Assembly: GCA_046351155.1 (NCBI GenBank)
Contig: JAXLYZ010000030.1
Span: forward strand, 6,534 to 70,533
Direction of reading: 5' to 3'
DNA from: Myxococcota bacterium
Lineage (GTDB): Bacteria; Myxococcota_A; UBA9042; PHBI01
Length of the DNA stretch: 64,000 nt
Shown here: piece after piece, positions 61,163-64,000 of the stretch
Layout: each line of letters starts with the position of its first letter
How positions within the stretch are numbered: position 1 is the first letter of the stretch
The notes under the pieces: generated by a model
What the model saw: the letters and a program-made list of their open reading frames with translations, nothing else
Database searches by the model: none
Told to the model about the DNA's origin: nothing
Made by a program: the position numbers and the translations under genes

Positions 61163-62419
61163 ATGAGGAATCCAATGACAGGGCTCGCCGCCGCGGCGCT
61201 GGCCGGCCTGCTCGGGGCCGGTTGCTCGCTGGCCTACGACTGGGACGAGTGCGGCGTCGACGCCGACTGCGACCCGTTCGAGACCGCCGGCCAGGACCTC
61301 GTGTGCAAGGCCACCAAGTGCGTGAGCGCCAGCGGGCAGACCGGCAAGCTGCCGCGCGTGGCCTACCTCTACGTCGGCCCGGTCGGCGACTACGGCTGGA
61401 CCAAGACCCACGACGAGGGGCGCCTCGCGCTCGAGGCCGCGTTCCCGGGCATCGACACGACGTTCTCGCCGAGCGTCGCGCCGGCCGACGCGCCGGCCGC
61501 CATCGACCAGTTCATCGCCGACGGCTACGACCTCGTCATCGGCACGAGCCACGACTTCCTGTCGCAGATCCAGTCGGCGGCGGCCAACAACACGTCGACG
61601 AAGTTCCTGCTCACCGCGGGCTTCGTGACGTCGCCGAACCTCGGCAGCTACATGGGGCGCATGGACCAGCCGAAGTGGCTGGCCGGGCGCCTCGCCGCCA
61701 AGATGAGCAAGACCAAGCGCCTGGGCTACGTGAGCTCGATCGTCATCCCCGAGACCATCAGCCACATCAACGCCTTCACGCTCGGCGCGCGCTCGGTCGA
61801 CCCCGACGTCGTGGTCATGGCGACGTTCATCGGCGCCTGGTTCGCGCCCGACGAGGAGGCGGCCGCGGCCAACCTGCTCATCGACGACGGCGTCGACGTC
61901 ATCACCAACGGCACCGACACGCCGGCCACCATCGAGGCGGCCGAGAAGCGGAAGACCGCCGACGATCGCCAGGTGCTGTCGATCGGCTACGACAACCCGA
62001 CCACCTGCGAGCTGTTCGGCCCCAAGGGCTGCATCGCGTCGGCCTACTACAACTGGGGCCCGATGATCGTCCGGCTGGTGACGCAGATCCGCGACGGCAC
62101 CTGGGATCCGCGCGCCATCGTGTGGGACCGCATGACCGGCGACAGCGAGTCGAGCCCGGTCTACCTGACGTCGCCGAGCCCGACGCTGGTGCCGTCGAAC
62201 GTGCGCGTCGACGTCGAGGGCTACATCTCGAAGTTCGCCAGCGGCGAGCTCGACGTGTTCGCGGGCGACATCAACGACAACCAGGGCGGCACGCGCACGG
62301 GCCTCGACGACGAGGACGTGCTGCGCATGTGCTGGTTCGTCGACGGCGTGGTCGAGCCGGCGGCGAACCCGCCGTTCGCCCCCAAGGCGGTCGGCGCGGG
62401 CTGCATCGGCGACCCCTGA
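61163..62419 (+). CDS. BMP-family (PnrA/Med-like) ABC-transporter substrate-binding lipoprotein with a short Cys-rich N-terminal insert
   Basis: ATG at 61163 gives MRNPMTGLAAAALAGLLGAGC (lipobox). BMP-type segments: VAYLYVGPVGDYGWT, YDLVIGTSHDF, LGYVSSIVIPE and INAFTLGA. The N-terminal insert reads DWDECGVDADCDPFETAGQDLVCKATKC. Confidence 0.88.
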   Translation: MRNPMTGLAAAALAGLLGAGCSLAYDWDECGVDADCDPFETAGQDLVCKATKCVSASGQTGKLPRVAYLYVGPVGDYGWTKTHDEGRLALEAAFPGIDTTFSPSVAPADAPAAIDQFIADGYDLVIGTSHDFLSQIQSAAANNTSTKFLLTAGFVTSPNLGSYMGRMDQPKWLAGRLAAKMSKTKRLGYVSSIVIPETISHINAFTLGARSVDPDVVVMATFIGAWFAPDEEAAAANLLIDDGVDVITNGTDTPATIEAAEKRKTADDRQVLSIGYDNPTTCELFGPKGCIASAYYNWGPMIVRLVTQIRDGTWDPRAIVWDRMTGDSESSPVYLTSPSPTLVPSNVRVDVEGYISKFASGELDVFAGDINDNQGGTRTGLDDEDVLRMCWFVDGVVEPAANPPFAPKAVGAGCIGDP

Positions 62420-62443
62420 CGCCGGTCGGCGCGAGGCCGAGCG

Positions 62444-62737
62444 TCACACCGTCGGCACGTCCATGCCGACGGCGTGCTCGAACTCGGCGAAGTCGATGGT
62501 GGCGCTGTCGTCGCGGTCGAGGTGGCTCATGACGCCCTTCACCCAGAAGCCGCGGGTGAGGCCGTTGCAGACGCCGGCGTCCTCGAGCAGCTTCGACAGC
62601 TCGTCCTTGGTGATGTGGCCGTCCTGGTCGTGGTCGTAGGCGGCGAACATGCGCTCGCGCGCGGCGCGATCGGTGCCGCCGAAGCGCGCTTGCATGAGCT
62701 TCTGGATCTTGCTGACGAGCTCTTCCTCGACGGACAT
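62444..62737 (-). CDS. Small EF-hand calcium-binding protein
   Basis: Two EF-hand loops, DHDQDGHITKDEL and DRDDSATIDFAEF. 97 aa, no signal peptide. Confidence 0.85.
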   Translation of the reverse strand: MSVEEELVSKIQKLMQARFGGTDRAARERMFAAYDHDQDGHITKDELSKLLEDAGVCNGLTRGFWVKGVMSHLDRDDSATIDFAEFEHAVGMDVPTV

Positions 62738-63011
62738 GCGGCCTCCGGACGGCCTGGCGCGGGCCGTCTTCGCGTGGCACGGATGTCGCCACGCGGCGGC
62801 GCGGTGTCAAGTCTCGCCGCGGGACGCAGGCGATTGTCGAGGGGTGGGATGCTGGGACAGTCGCAGGTTGGGACGTCGTGGCAATGTGACAAAATCGACG
62901 GCATCTGCCGGCGAGAATGATCGATTTCGCGACGAATATCCCCGCGCGCGGAATGGGAGGCTGCGGCGCCGTCACGACGCCGCGCGAACCATCCATGAAG
63001 AGGAGAGTGCC

Positions 63012-63329
63012 ATGAAGCTCGGAAGCATGTTTCGTGCGCTGCTGGCCGTGTGCGCGCTGGGCGCGTGCGACGGTCTCGTCGGCGAGTCGGGGCCGGTCGC
63101 GGCGCCGGCGGTGAAGGTCGCGCCGCTCGGCGCGGCGCCGGTCGCATCGGCGCCGGTCGGGTCGGGGCCGGTCGGGTCAGGACCGATCCGGCCGGTGGAC
63201 GAGGACGGCAACTGCCTGACCGACGCGGACTGCCCGACCGACTACCCGCACTGCTGCCAGGTCGGCGGCTACAAGGCCTGCCAGGAGGAGAAGTGCGACG
63301 CGGTGACGACGCAGACGCCGGCGCGCTGA
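63012..63329 (+). CDS. Small Cys-containing lipoprotein
   Basis: ATG at 63012 follows GAGGAGAG and gives MKLGSMFRALLAVCALGAC (lipobox). A Pro/Val/Ala/Gly linker is followed by CLTDADCPTDYPHCCQVGGYKACQEEKC. Confidence 0.7.
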   Translation: MKLGSMFRALLAVCALGACDGLVGESGPVAAPAVKVAPLGAAPVASAPVGSGPVGSGPIRPVDEDGNCLTDADCPTDYPHCCQVGGYKACQEEKCDAVTTQTPAR

Positions 63330-63362
63330 GCGCGCGCGCTGCCGTCGGCGGGCGGCGTGCGA

Positions 63363-64000
63363 TCAGGGCGTGGTGGCGAGGATGAACCAGGCCTTGCGTG
63401 CGACCTGGTCCAGGCAGGGCTGGCCCGAAAGGCGCTCGGCGTCGGCGTTCACGACGCGATACGTGACGCCGGCGCCGGTCGTCAGCAGCGCGTCCTGGCC
63501 GGGCAGGGCGAGCGCGTCGCCGCCGCTCGGGTGGGTGAAGCGCAGCCCGATGCGCGCGCTGTCGCCGCACGTCTGGGTGCGGACCGGGCAGCCGACGAGC
63601 TCGTCGGTGACCTCGAAGCCCTCGGGCAGTCGCGTCGCCGCATCCCGGTAGGTCCAGGCCGTGCCGAAGCCGCCGTCGTCGGCCACGAACAGCAGGCGCC
63701 CGTCGTCGGCCCACAGCGCAAGGCCATGCGCGACCCCGAACGGCATCACCTGGCGCCACGCGACGTCGACGGAGTCGCCGGCGGCGACCGGCAGCGCGTA
63801 CGACCCTAGGTCATAGCTGATGGTGATGGTCTTGCCCTCGGACGACAGCACCAGGGCGCCGTCGCCGACCGACGTGACCGTGGCGGCGAAGTCGAGCGCC
63901 ACGTCTCGGCCGCTCTGCTCGACGCCGGCGATGTCGAGCGTCAGTGGGATGGGCGGCGCGCCGCAGGTCGCGGCGACGTCGCCGAGGTCTCCGGAGGTGT
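63363..64000 (-). CDS. Hypothetical protein; 5' end probably outside the window
   Basis: Track ORF 63363..63902 begins at a GTG. The frame stays open and protein-like upstream to base 64000 (..TSGDLGDVAATCGAPPIPLTLDIAGVEQSGRDVALDF..). Composition looks beta-rich and ordinary. Confidence 0.65.
   Translation of the reverse strand, partial: TSGDLGDVAATCGAPPIPLTLDIAGVEQSGRDVALDFAATVTSVGDGALVLSSEGKTITISYDLGSYALPVAAGDSVDVAWRQVMPFGVAHGLALWADDGRLLFVADDGGFGTAWTYRDAATRLPEGFEVTDELVGCPVRTQTCGDSARIGLRFTHPSGGDALALPGQDALLTTGAGVTYRVVNADAERLSGQPCLDQVARKAWFILATTP

Overview
This is a 64-kb window at roughly 70% GC. The content points to a myxobacterium (Myxococcota): a MYXO-CTERM sorting tail, Myxococcus-type cysteine-rich repeats, an Oar-like TonB-dependent transporter, Ser/Thr kinases and many lipobox lipoproteins. 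I support about 40 protein-coding genes. I saw no rRNA, tRNA or CRISPR array. Housekeeping genes are ligA, folC, ppk2, an RNase II/R-family enzyme, a nitronate monooxygenase, an M20 amidohydrolase, a NUDIX hydrolase, a GNAT acetyltransferase, an MBL-fold hydrolase and a BMP-family binding protein. They sit among accessory genes for very large secreted or cell-surface proteins: cysteine-rich repeats, thrombospondin type-3 and LamG domains, RCC1 repeats, a lamin-tail domain, and a 1,526-aa MYXO-CTERM protein with 15 tandem six-Cys repeats. Other clear features are an ECF41-type sigma factor with its partner gene and a promoter that exactly matches the group consensus, one ISAzo13-family insertion sequence inside a lower-GC patch, and a three-copy low-GC hairpin repeat. 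The least explained content is an orphan 2,507-aa, Lys/Glu/Asp-rich, almost Cys-free protein with no signal peptide (24815-32338). About 4.7 kb downstream lies a DUF4157 protein carrying two HExxH motifs, tightly followed by a small NTF2-like gene; this resembles an effector/partner pair, but that is inference only. At least six genes have broken reading frames as sequenced, mostly at short G/C runs. I cannot tell assembly indels from real gene decay. Many long Ala/Arg/Val-rich ORFs in the supplied track are high-GC alternate-frame artefacts and were not called.
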